Assembly: GCA_012295275.1 (NCBI GenBank)
Contig: CM022669.1
Coordinates: forward strand, 10,478,001-10,542,000
Direction: 5' to 3'
From: Chrysomallon squamiferum
Taxonomy: Eukaryota; Animalia; Mollusca
Length of the DNA: 64,000 nucleotides
Position 1 is the stretch's first letter; each line of letters starts with the position of its first letter. Made by a program: the position numbers and the translations under genes. Below the pieces are notes generated by a model. The model ran no database searches, was not told where the DNA came from, and saw only the letters and a program-made list of their open reading frames with translations. Shown piece after piece: positions 1 to 12,532 of this stretch.

Positions 1-1395
1 ATAAAATTATTATTCCTATCGCAGAAACTGAACATCGTTTTGCATCTGAAATAAATAAATGATTGAATAAATGAATGAACTTATATTTTAAAAACTAAAC
101 AAAAAAAGAAAGAAATAACCACTACAAAATCTACAAAAATAAAACATGCCTCTAATAATAATAATAATAATAATAATGAAAAACAATAATAAAATAAAAT
201 AATTTAAAAAATAAATAAAGAAAAAATAAGTAAGTAAGTAAGTAAGTAACTACGTAAATAAGTAAATAAATAAATAATAATAAAAAACAAATCAAAATTT
301 AAAAAGATCAAAAATTCAAAAATATCAACCAAACAATAAATCAACCAATACCTAACAACCTTCCATCCGAACAAACAAACAATACTAACAAAATGTACAA
401 TAACTAAATTACAGATATGAAAGAAATCTCTTATTTTGAATATTTGTTTTGTTTAGGGTTTTTCAAGATTTTTTCCTTATCTCTCTTTCTTTCACAACCT
501 ATCCCCCCTCCAATAGTTAAAATACAGAAGATACGAAAATAGAATAAATTCTATTAGTAAAAATGAGAATATAATGAAAAAAAAAAAAAAAATTATAAAC
601 ATGTAAAATTATATTTAAACACATGCATTTTATGTATCCTGATTCATATGAATGTACTTTTGTGTGTTACATAATAAATACTATATACAGGTAACTCAAG
701 ACGTCTATTATGATTTTTCTTTTCTTCTGTTTTGTTTAATTTCTTTGTTTTTTACTTTTTGCCACCAAATCTGATTTCCCGTATTGTTAGATCAGTGTGT
801 AAGGTTTGCCAGTAATCTCTAATTGTAATTATGTTTGTATGAAATAGCATTATAAATTCATCTTTAATATTCAACCAATTTCCTATTGTAAGAGTCAAAG
901 CGAATCAAACAGCAATCAATCAGCTAATAAATAGAATATAAACACATTGTCTTTTTATTATGAAAAATGTGTTGAAGAACAAAGCTCAGATATTTTTAAT
1001 TATAAAAAAAGAAGAAAAGTGTCTTTGTAAATTTTCTAAGCAAAATCCGCTTTAAACGAAATTGCCTTTTCCACAGAAAACCAGCAAAACGCGTTTTTGT
1101 CCGAAACTCATTTACTTATTACATATTTTAGTCAACATTCAGATTTTGATAAACGTTTTAACGATCGTCACAGGAAAGAGCGAGTTATTTCAGAATGCGA
1201 TTGTGTTTAATCCCTCGTGTTTCTTCTCTGATATGCACAACAATCAAAATGTGCAGGAAAAGCCGAATGATCTTTAAGAATAACAAGTAGGTGAAAAGAA
1301 AAAAAAAAAAAGAAAAAAGAAAGAAAGATTAAGAAAAGAACTAAATCACAAAAATAAAATAAGAGGAGTAAAATCACAAAAAATAAATAAAATAA

Positions 1396-1426
<31 letters not shown>

Positions 1427-3996
1427 TAAAAATAAAAATAAAAATAAAAATAAAAAAAAATAAAATAAAATTTAAAAAAAAGAAAACGAAAAAGAAAAAG
1501 AAAAAAAAAGCCACTAATAAATATAAAAAAAACAAAAAACAAACAAACAATAAAATAAAAAATAAAAAGCAAAAGCAAAACAAAACAAAATAAACAAAAG
1601 CACAATTTATATTCATGGTTTTTATTGTATATATTATTTAATATACTCAAACAAAGAGTAAATCACTTCCAGTCTATTTTTTTATCATTATTATTTCTGC
1701 TTCGTGAACAGGATGTCACATCAATATATTAAATACGATGAAATATCCCGTTCAGTGTTCACTGAACTATAACACGGAATACGATTTCTCTCAGTAATTT
1801 GTGGTAATAGAAATTAAGTTTTATTTTAATCAGGATCAAAGCCTTGTTCTTTTGATTAATAAAATCAATAGACTGACATTTTTCTTTCTTCGCTCGTCGC
1901 CAAGTTATAAGCTAAAGACTTATCAGACAGAACCGAATTTATGTGATTCGTTACGCCGCAATTAATTACATCGGCTTAGGAAATGCATTTCACAGGTAAC
2001 CGGTTTCCAGTCGCGTACTTTCCGACCTGGCCTCGCTGTGGTAATAATTATCGAGAGCAGAAACAAATCTAAATATTCGCGACAGTTCGCAAGAAGCATT
2101 CATTCCCTGACATCTTGATAAATGGAAGAAAGGCGGAAAGAAAATCTCGCCGCGATCTCTAGGTCTCGGGGGACAGAAGGAATCAAGTTATCCCCCAAAT
2201 TGAAAATCAGATCAGTCACGAGACTGCAATAAAGCTTACACAAGCTTAAAGCCGCTTCCAGCGAACAGGGACAATTTTAATCAGGCCCCATCACAAACCT
2301 ACAAAAGTCACTTATCACTTTAGTTGATTTGATAAGGAAAATGCAATTTGTGGAGGAGAGTTTTTATTAATTGCTTTTACTCCTCATCTCGCCTAACGCT
2401 CCGCGATCGAGTGAAAACACCAGATTAAGAGCCGAGCGTGAAGAAAGCTACATGAATGAAGATTGGAGACACAAAATCGAGTTAGTGGCGAATGAAAGGA
2501 TCGCAGAAAGGTAGAAGGCTGCTAGCAAATCAAAGGAAAGAGAGTGAGGTGACGGGAAAAGTAAATGATATTTGAATGTGGCCGATTCAATTAGGCACAG
2601 CCATGAAAACACTCAATCCAATACAGACCCCATTTGAGAGTGATCACTTTTAATTTGACCTCCAAATTTGATTCCAAAGTAAAGTTTGACATTTTGAGTA
2701 TTGTCATAGGAGCAATGAAAGCAAATATCGTTAGAGAACGACCGCCATCTCGGCTGCATTGAGAGATTGTATAGATTGGCCATCTTGGAAATGAAATCTG
2801 GAGAAACGTGTCTCACTTTACAAAATTCAGTTTAAAACTTCTCCTCTTACCAAGTGAGGTGCTGGTCAGAGGACACTGGTAGTGGACATTATTAAATAAA
2901 TTTAAGTGATCGGGATAAAGATGTATTTATTTATTTTTTTATTTGTTTGTTTGTGGTGTTTTTTGTTTCATTGTTTGCTTTTATAACCTATGTCTATATG
3001 TTTTAAAGTGCATACGTATGTATATGTATATGTTAATGTGTTAGCATGTTTGTATACGATCTCTGATATCTGCGTGTGCACGGAATGAATGATAGCCGGA
3101 GACAGGAATGGATAAATATACGAACGTATTAAATAACGCCATGAAGTATTATTTACCAATAAAAATTAAGATTAAACCATGAACCCAGAAAAATTATATT
3201 CGCATCTTGTATCTAGCCAGAGCTGTCTTTCCTCTAACTAATCTTTTAAGATAAAAAAAACTAATTCACTCTTTACACAAAACAATCTGGATTGCGAGGA
3301 CAAATTAATTCTGAGCAAGCATATCGTGGAAGAACTGGTGAGAATTTACCACATTATTTAACATAGTAATAATAATAACAACAACAACAACAATAACAAT
3401 AATATATGTATTATTTATAAAAATCTAAATTTATTTCGTCTTCGATGTTAAAGATATGTCCTTCAGAGAATTATATCACTAGCAGAAATACAGTTATTTC
3501 TGTACCAATGATAAAGTTTCATCTCCAGCAATAATAAAATTATTTTGTTTCGCCTTCACACTTCAATCTACTCTCCTGGAAAATAAACTATAGACTGCTC
3601 GAATACAATATAACAGTATATTGTAAATTAATTTTAAGTAAACCAACCTATCTTTTAGGTGATAATTGTTTCTGTTATGTTATTCTTTATCAGAGTTTTC
3701 AGCTGCTTTTAAAAAAGATTTTAGTTAAATTATTATTTCATTCTTCTTGTTATTATTTCTTCTTCTTCATCTTCTTCTTCTTCTTCTTCTTCTTATTATT
3801 ATTATTAATAATTCTTATTCTTTTCATCATCATCATCGTTGTTGTTGTTGTTATTGTTATTATTATTATTATTATTTGACAGTATGAAAGTTATTTTGTT
3901 TCAGTTATTTCTTCGTATTTTTCTTTCATCATTATCATTATCAATACAACAACAACAACAGCAATAATAATAATAATAATAATAATAATATAAATA

Positions 3997-4046
<50 letters not shown>

Positions 4047-4361
4047 ACTGTTAAAAGTAATCTGATGAAATCAATCTAATCTGGTAACAGACGACTTGAA
4101 AATAAAACTGTTTAATCACCTTAAGTTCAGATAAATTGTCCTGGTTTAATTTTATGGATCTTCTTAATGGCAACCGTCAGCAGAAATAACATTTACAGAA
4201 TAAATAATTCAGACTATGTTGGTTCATTGCAAAAACTTAGAAACAATAGCATCTAACATAAACTGAAAAAAAAGAAGATTTAATAAAATTTTAAATTTCT
4301 ACTGCTGTTTATACTAGTTATCTATTTGATGCTTTTAATTAATTACTTAATTAATTAATTA

Positions 4362-4424
<63 letters not shown>

Positions 4425-4821
4425 AATAGATAAATAAAATAATAAAAAGCACGCTCTCGTACTCATTCACACAGACACAGACATTCAGACACGTTGTTGC
4501 TACAAAACTTCTTTCTTAATAATAATAATAATCATAATAATAATAATAATAATAATACATATAACAACAACAACAATGCATTTATTGCAATAATAAACTG
4601 CTTCAATAATACATGGCTGCGAACACACATAGAAGGAAATAACTCTTTGAGTCTGATAACTTTTGACGTGAAGAGTTGTCGATCTTATACATCTATAGTC
4701 ACTATTTCAGTTTTTCTGTTTCTTTTTAATCCACTTGTTATTTCAACAATAATTATTAAAGCTAATTCATTTAGTTTGGTTTGTTAGGTTATTCATTTAA
4801 TTGTACTTTTAGAGTACGACA

Positions 4822-4885
<64 letters not shown>

Positions 4886-5199
4886 GATTAGATTAATTGT
4901 GATATACTTATCCTCTCAAAAATGTTATTTACTTTCTTAGTATAAAGATAATATACTTGGGTCGTAGGATAAAAATAATAACTTAGGAACATAAATAATA
5001 ATGCATTCGGTTAGATACATTGACACAATATTGTTATACGTAATTATTACCAAAGCCTTTACCGCATTGGATCTACTTACCGTTGGATTAATCAGAAGCA
5101 AGATCAGTATTTTGTTTAGTAAAAATAAATAAACGATTAAAATTTCAATTTTATAAAAATTGGATTGTTTTAAACCACATAAGATTTACACTGCTATCA

Positions 5200-5692
5200 T
5201 CCTATGACGTATAATGTTTATGACGTCACACGGAAGACTCTTTTTCTCGACGCACGTACAAATATTGTAACAACCACGATAACAAATACAGCAAAAACAA
5301 TAAGACTAGCCCTACAAATAATAGTAATTCAACATCCTCACAAGTTTAATATTAAAATAAAATTACTCATCGAAAACAGCATAAAACAACGAAACCATTC
5401 ACAGTAATAAATAAATGAAATGTTATTTTTATTAGGTTTTTAAAATTATTTATTTTATTATTAATTTTGCATATGTATATGTGTGCAGAGAAGGAAATGA
5501 AACTATTTAAAAATAAATTAATAAAAATTTGCCACAAAGAACCGAACCTGAGACAAATCACTCCGCTACAGTTATGTCCCTTCGTGATTTCCGACATTCG
5601 CGCAATTTACGAATGATAGTTAGTAAAATTCAGTTCCGTAGTGCCTTAAACGGTGATTAAAGTTTCTAAATGGTTCATTAATTGTCGTGGCC
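5200..5692 (+). promoter_or_regulatory. Putative HAUS1 promoter region
   Basis: CpG-containing patches just upstream of the HAUS1 ATG: TGACGTCA at 5221-5228, CGGAAG (ETS-like) at 5231, and TTCGCGC (E2F-like) near 5597. Confidence 0.5.
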
Positions 5693-6853
5693 ATGTCAGA
5701 CTTACCCTGTGACGAACTTGAAACTTTGAGTCTTAATGATAAACTTAAAGAGGTAGGTGATTTATAAGTTCATGTGTATTATTTTATGTCGTATTTCAGC
5801 AGTTACCTATTTCCGTTAATTAACAAAAACAGAACACGAACATCTACGAAAGTTCATTTTCCCGTTATTTCTAATCCAGTACGAACGTACGATGGACAGT
5901 TTATATGTTTGTCTTTATGTATTTTTATTAAACTCATTCTTCTGAACTAACAGATATATTAATAATTACAGTTTATACTGTAAACTATAAATTATCGGTC
6001 TGGTACTGTATCATAGTTGAAATGTTTATCATAATTGTATCACCACTGTAATAATAATTATATATTTAAAGGTAGAGGTTTGGTTGGAACAAGTGTATGG
6101 AGGAGAACAGATTCCCGTGTTTGAAGTAAACAGTAGAACAATTGAAGTTCTGTATGGTTTGATGTTGAGAAATAGATCTCGAAACGGAGACACACAACTT
6201 GTCATTGAGGATTTGAGACAGAGGAGTGAAGAATACAATACTGAAGGTTTTTATTGTTGTTGTTGTCGTCGTCATCATCATTATCTCTAATTCCATTTTT
6301 AAAAAATTATTACTAGTTATGTTGTTTTTGTTATTATTATTAATAGTATTATAAATAATAATTATTATTATTATAATTATGTTTATTATGTTTACATTGT
6401 ATGCATTCTGTAATTAAAATCAGCTCTGGTAATTGATGTTATGAGTATAAATACAATTTTGCACGAATTGTATGATCATCTAAAATCTTCAAACAAAATA
6501 TTTAACAAACACATTTGATACAAATTTGATACATTTGTTTATTAAAATATAATGCTTCCAGTTACATTCTTCTGATTAAACGTCACTTTACCTGTTTGTA
6601 TATGTCCATTATCATGTAATTATGGTTAAAAATAACAACAAGCTAAAACTTGACCATTTAAATTTTGTTTCCAGCCCAAAGACTAAATCATGTGCTGTCA
6701 GGAGTTAATCTCACACAGTCTTCACTATCTCAGTCTGGATTGATGAGTTTGAGAACACTGGCCAATGTCGCTCTGCTTCTTCAAACAAAAGATGCCTCAA
6801 ATACCAGGTAGTTTTATTTATGATTGTAAATCATAATAACAACAGCAATAATC

Positions 6854-6921
<68 letters not shown>

Positions 6922-9742
6922 CATGCTGATGATGATAAAGATAAATAATGATTATTGTTAATTGAATAATGATAATAATATTAATTATAATAATTGTGAT
7001 GATGAAGATGATAATGATGATGCTGATGTATATAATGAAGATAAATAATGATTTTATTAATAATGATTATTATAACAACAACAACAATAATAGTAATAAT
7101 AATTATTATTATTATTATTATAGATTATATTTACATCTGCAGTAAACAGTAATGAAAATAAGTAAATAATACAGCAGTGACAGATGTAAGATTGTTTGTT
7201 GACTTTGTAAATCAAATATTATTTATCAGTATTTTTTAGTCCAGTATAGTGAAATAGAAATACAGAAGACAGATTATCTGTCAAAAAATACTATCAGTAT
7301 TTTCAAAATTAAAAGGCAGTATTAAGATTTTATGTAAATTTTCTGTTAGGTATATGTTATTAAATTTTTATTTGTTTCTTAGGGCTGTATTTTTTTATAT
7401 GTTTCTTTTTCTTTCAGTTTTCTGTTAGGTATGGAACATTTGCAGGAAGATCTTGACAATGTGATTGAAAGTCGGCAAGCAGAACAGCAGTCATTAGCCC
7501 AGCTTGTCATCAAAACAAGAGACGCCATTCATAAAAACAGAACTTTACACAAGTAAGTATTCATCTTCCTTTGAAACATAAAAACAGAACTTTACACAAG
7601 TAAATATTCATCTTACTTTGAAACACAAAAACAGAACTTTACACAAGTAAATATTCATCTTACTTTGAAACATAAAAACAGAACTTTACACAAGTAAATA
7701 TTCATCTTCCTTTGAAACATAAAAACAGAACTTTATAAAAGTAACTCTCCATACTACATTTTATATTTAATATAATTTGTATTAAAAACAGTTTACAACT
7801 TGGTTGACCCATGTCCATTGTTACTCTTTATATTTCATCGAAACAACAAAATAAATCTGATTAAAAGGTATTTTTTTCAGTTTTATGAAATTGATAATGG
7901 AATATTTTATGTTGCTAATTATTAAAATATTTGTTTATCTCATCATAACATGATGTCTGATATAATTAAAAATATCTATATATATTCATCTGATCTGGCC
8001 TCCAAAAATTATTTAACACAAATCCTAATAAAAAAAAGTCATAACTAAAAATATATATTTAATTACAGAAAATATTGATATTCTGTGAGTATTTGCAATC
8101 TTTAAAAAAAAATAAAAAAATAAAAATAAGATGCATATATTAATGATGGTGTTTATTTTTACAGAGCTTTAAACTCACTTGAAGAACAAAAACATATTCA
8201 AGATAAACAGATGAAGAAACAAGCAAAGGAGATGAATTTTCTGCATGCAAAAGCTGCAGATTATAAATACAGAATAGACAAAAGAAAGGTAAAATATATA
8301 TCAAAAAAACTAATAATAAAAATTAAAATATATCTATATATATTATTATTATTATTATTATTTATTTATCTTTTATTTTTTTATTTTTTGAAAAAGAAAA
8401 GAATGAAAAAAACCCTAATAATAATGAAAAAACAAGATTTATTTTGTGGTAGTCATGGGCTGGCTGTCAGACAAAACAAGTATTTGATAAACTGTGATCT
8501 TTCTGTTATGATGATTATTTATAAAATAACACATTTTAATACTAACGAATAAAGGGAAGTAATTCTCGAAAAGGATTTGGCCAATAATATGGATCTTGCT
8601 CAGATAACAACCTAACTTTTTTATTTGACATAATTATTCCAAGCATTACCATAAAGGCTTATAAAAACATAATTTTTAATTAATAGAAATATTTAGAAGT
8701 TTCTTATCTGCAGGTATATTTCAACAGTTCCTATTGTGTTTTTTTAATTCAAGGCACAGTTACAGAAGATAGGTGCAGACCCATCTCTGTACCATCAAAC
8801 CCTGGTTGCACAGGAACAGGTATGATATCGGAAATTATTGTACATCCTTCTTCACTGTTGTTGTTTTTTTTTTTGTTGTTTTTATTGTTTTGAAAGATAA
8901 AGAATGTTATAAAGTATAAAACTGCTATTTTGTAATAGGTGATGCAATGACTCATTAAGTAAATGACAAATTATTATTGATTAAAATGATATTCTTTCAT
9001 TGTTTTGAAAGATAAATAAAGCCATTTATAAAATAAAGTCTTGCATTTTTTTCTTCGTTATTAATTAATTAATTAATTTTTAATTTATAATTTATTTTTG
9101 AAGTTATCAATTTAATAATTCAAGTAAAACATTGTTGTTTTTTGTTGTTTGGTGCTGTTATTAATTCATTAATTAATTTTTAATTTATAATTTAAGTTTG
9201 AATTTATCAATTTAATTATTCAGTTTATGATGGTGGCTATTTATTTATTTATGCACTTACAATGAACATATACATACACACATCAAAAACTTTAAATAAT
9301 AGTAATTAAAAATAAAATGTTGAGTCTCTCTTCTGTAGGTATTTTAAAAACAAAACAAAAATTTATAATAATTATTCCATCTTTTTCTTCTTCTTTCTTA
9401 TCAAGGATTTCCAAGCACTGAAGAAAAAGATTGCCCCCCTCAAAGCCAAACTTCAGTCATACCACGCTCTTCCCCCGGTATGTTGTTTTATGTATATTCT
9501 AATAATAAATTAAAAATTAAGAAACTGACTAATTTGTATTGATAGATCCACAATGGATAAACACTTAGTTAATCCAAATTTGATTAACTAGAGATGACAC
9601 TGTAATAGAAAATATTTTTCCATTTTTCAGAATATTTCTGAGACAAAACTGAAGATAGAAGAAATCAAACAAGAAGTGGTGAGTGTGAGACTTGGCACAA
9701 ATTATCTGACATTGTTTTATTTATTTTTTTTTTTATTTTATT

Positions 9743-9777
<35 letters not shown>

Positions 9778-10191
9778 TTTTACTTACTTAACCAGTCTGT
9801 TAAAATATTTGCTCATTTAAACATATTTTTTTCTTATTTTTCTTTTGGTGGATATTAAAAAATGTTAGCAGCTGTAAAATTTAAATGAAATCATTTCCAT
9901 TGATCTGTTTAGAATAAAATAATAGTAAAATCAGCATGTAATCCTTTTTAAAATATAAACCAATTTATTTATTTTTATACAAGGCATACTCTTTATAGTT
10001 TCTGAATAGTATCTATTATTTGGGTTAGATTTGAAATGATGAACTAAGAACTTTAAAACTGTTAAACACATATTGTTGGGAGAGTTTCAAAAAGTGTTGA
10101 AAAAACAACAACATATAGATGGTCTTCACAGAAGATTGATCAAAGTCTATACTACTACTACTACTACTGTACTACTACTACTACTGCTAAA

Positions 10192-10247
<56 letters not shown>

Positions 10248-10364
10248 CTTTTGCTGTTTTTCAGATAATAAACACATTTATTTATTATTTCATTTATTTT
10301 TATTATTTCACAGGCTGCTCTAGAAGAAGAATTAATGAAAAAAATTGACGTGATGCACATGTGA
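5693..10364 (+). CDS. HAUS1: HAUS augmin-like complex subunit 1 (CCDC5), complete, 9 coding exons, 287 aa
   Basis: Hand-spliced exons 5693-5752, 6072-6246, 6675-6807, 7418-7552, 8165-8288, 8754-8819, 9406-9477, 9631-9678, 10314-10364. All introns GT-AG, phases consistent, 864 nt in total. Protein MSDLPCDELETLSLNDKLKEVEVWLEQVYGGEQIPVFEVNSRTIEVLYGLMLRNRSRNGDTQLVIEDLRQRSEEYNTEA...MNFLHAKAADY...IAPLKAKLQSYHALPPNISETKLKIEEIKQEVAALEEELMKKIDVMHM* matches recalled human HAUS1 end to end (VAAWLKKIFGDHPIPQYEVNPRT...LVIEDLKQKASEY...PLKKKLESYLDLMPN...ELTRRVDMMEL). Confidence 0.95.
7530..7744 (+). repeat. 47-bp tandem repeat (~4.6 copies) spanning the HAUS1 exon 4/intron 4 junction
   Basis: Unit CATAAAAACAGAACTTTACACAAGTAA(G/A)TATTCATCTT(C/A)CTTTGAAA, starting at 7530, 7577, 7624, 7671 and 7718 (partial). 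Confidence 0.97.
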
Positions 10365-11220
10365 CGACTGCCTGACTAGGAATAAAATTTTCACAAACAA
10401 ACTAAACCATCCAGATTCAGACTGTTCTGCAATGCAGCAGAGACTTTACATTCTCCATGGCAACAGTGTATTCCTCTTTCATTTTGTATTCCAGTAGCTG
10501 TTCATTATTTTTATACTTTTGTGAAAGTTATTCTTTTATTTTGCTCTAACTGTCAGTAGTTTAATGATAAATAATTGAGATTAAGATAAAACAAAAATCT
10601 GTTTCATGACTTACAACTAGCATGTTACTCTTTGTTTTTGTTCCATTCAGAGTATCAAATGAACTCAAGGCAGGAAAAACTGAATGGCTCAGGAAGGATG
10701 GGGATCTCTTTTGTTGATAATAAATTATTAAATATTTAACAGTGTTTTTTATGTGCTTTGCTGAAAGATCAGCTGATTGTGTATTTCATTGCCAGTTCGA
10801 AATAGAAAACAGAATGCATTGTAGATCTGTGTTTCTTGTAAAAGTTGAAACACAATGGGTAACAGGAAAAATTAACCACTGTAAGCCCTTTTGCATTGTC
10901 AAAAGACTGAAGGCTGATTTGTTAAGGCCATAATATCTGTTTTTATGTATTTTGAGGACATTTGAAGGTTCTAGGAATAAAATCTTTAGTACTCTTAAAA
11001 TTTCCCCAAATAAAACATACTTTTAATATTAGGAGTTCTTGAATATTTAGTTTCATTTATCAATACGTTAAGCACTTTCTTATTAATGAGAAGGTATAAT
11101 AGAAATATCCTCTTTTAGCTTAATTATTCTTTTCTACGATAATTATACACAAACTGTAATTCTGAAATAATAAGAAAAAAGTAAGAAAAAAATAGCAAGT
11201 ACTTTCTAAAATAATTCAAC

Positions 11221-11354
11221 AGTATCGATCGTTCGGCGGAAATGAGCGAAAAGTGCCGTTACTTCCGAAATTAGTCGATGATTGTCGAATGTTACCGACA
11301 TGTCAAAATGAATTGCCTCCCTTCGTTATATTTGTTTATCAACAATGGTAGAGA
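11221..11354 (+). promoter_or_regulatory. Putative KCTD7-like promoter/5'UTR
   Basis: Abrupt CpG-rich patch with GGCGGAAA (E2F-like) near 11235 and ACTTCCG (ETS-like) at 11261, directly before coding exon 1. Confidence 0.55.
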
Positions 11355-12476
11355 ATGGGCGAAGGTCAGCAAATCTCGGAGGTAGGTTTATTTTCCATAT
11401 TGTCTCTTTACTAATATTTCCAGCATTCTTTTTAAACGTTATCTGTTTTATTGTTTCTGGTTGTATTCCTATGGTCTGAATTTAAAGATCGAGTGTTGTT
11501 TTATTGTTTTAGTACAACCAGGAAATGATATCCGTGTTGTCAACAGGTTCGCTGACGTTTGTAACGACGCTTTAATGGTGCTTTTGTTTTACATTTTCTT
11601 TACTACTGAAAATATAACCGCAAACTATGCGCATTTTGCGTAAGTGATCATAAGTGTTATTTCGTGTATGACTGTTCATTGGTGTATATGAACATTTTAT
11701 TAAATTAAAATGAATATAAATTTAAAATATATATATATATATAATTCATTTCAAACATATATATATATATTAATAAATAAAATATTCATGAAAAAAATCG
11801 TGTATTTGCTCTTGTTGTTGTTGTTGTTGTAATTATTATTATTTATTATATTTTATTTGTTTATTATTTTCATGTTATTTACAAAGACGCATTACCAACA
11901 TAAAATAACTACACAGGTGCATTACCATTTATCCGGCTATTGTTTTAAACTGGCTGCGTTTGAATTAGGCGCTGTTTGTTTTACTTGCCATGACGTCAGT
12001 TCAAGTGGGTGTTAAGATCATCCTCTCACGATCAGTTATTATTTATTTCACTTTATTTGTATCGTCTAAAAGACTAGCAGAATTGCGACTTAATAGTGAA
12101 AAGCGTATTCTGTACAGGTATTTTAAGAATTTCAAGTGAATTAATAAATATCAGACCATGCTGAAGAAGTGTATTAAATTGTATCTGATAAATACAGTTT
12201 CATTCGGCTAAATGGTTTGGAATATGCATAAAATTTTATTTTTTTCATTTTAGTTAATATTTTTAGAATTGTGTTAGTGAAAACTGATTGTTATTATGTC
12301 TTTTATTAATAATTATATATGGCTAGGATATTTTCGCTATATACAGCGAGCGTTTCTAATAGAAAAATATTACATATAATTATGTATAAGCCCTTGTATT
12401 TAAGCTACAGAATTAATTCTGAAACACACACACATATACAATTTCCTGTAGTAATGCTCTGTGCTCTGTCTCTCTC

Positions 12477-12532
<56 letters not shown>

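Noticed and set aside
7530-7744. CRISPR-like appearance of the regular 47-bp repeat (also the 19650-20350 and 40513-40863 arrays)
   Set aside because: Units are contiguous with no unique spacers, there are no cas genes, and the DNA is eukaryotic intronic or intergenic sequence.
8289-8552. Hydrophobic, TM-like extension of ORF 8211-8552
   Set aside because: Read-through into HAUS1 intron 5 low-complexity sequence past the donor at 8288.
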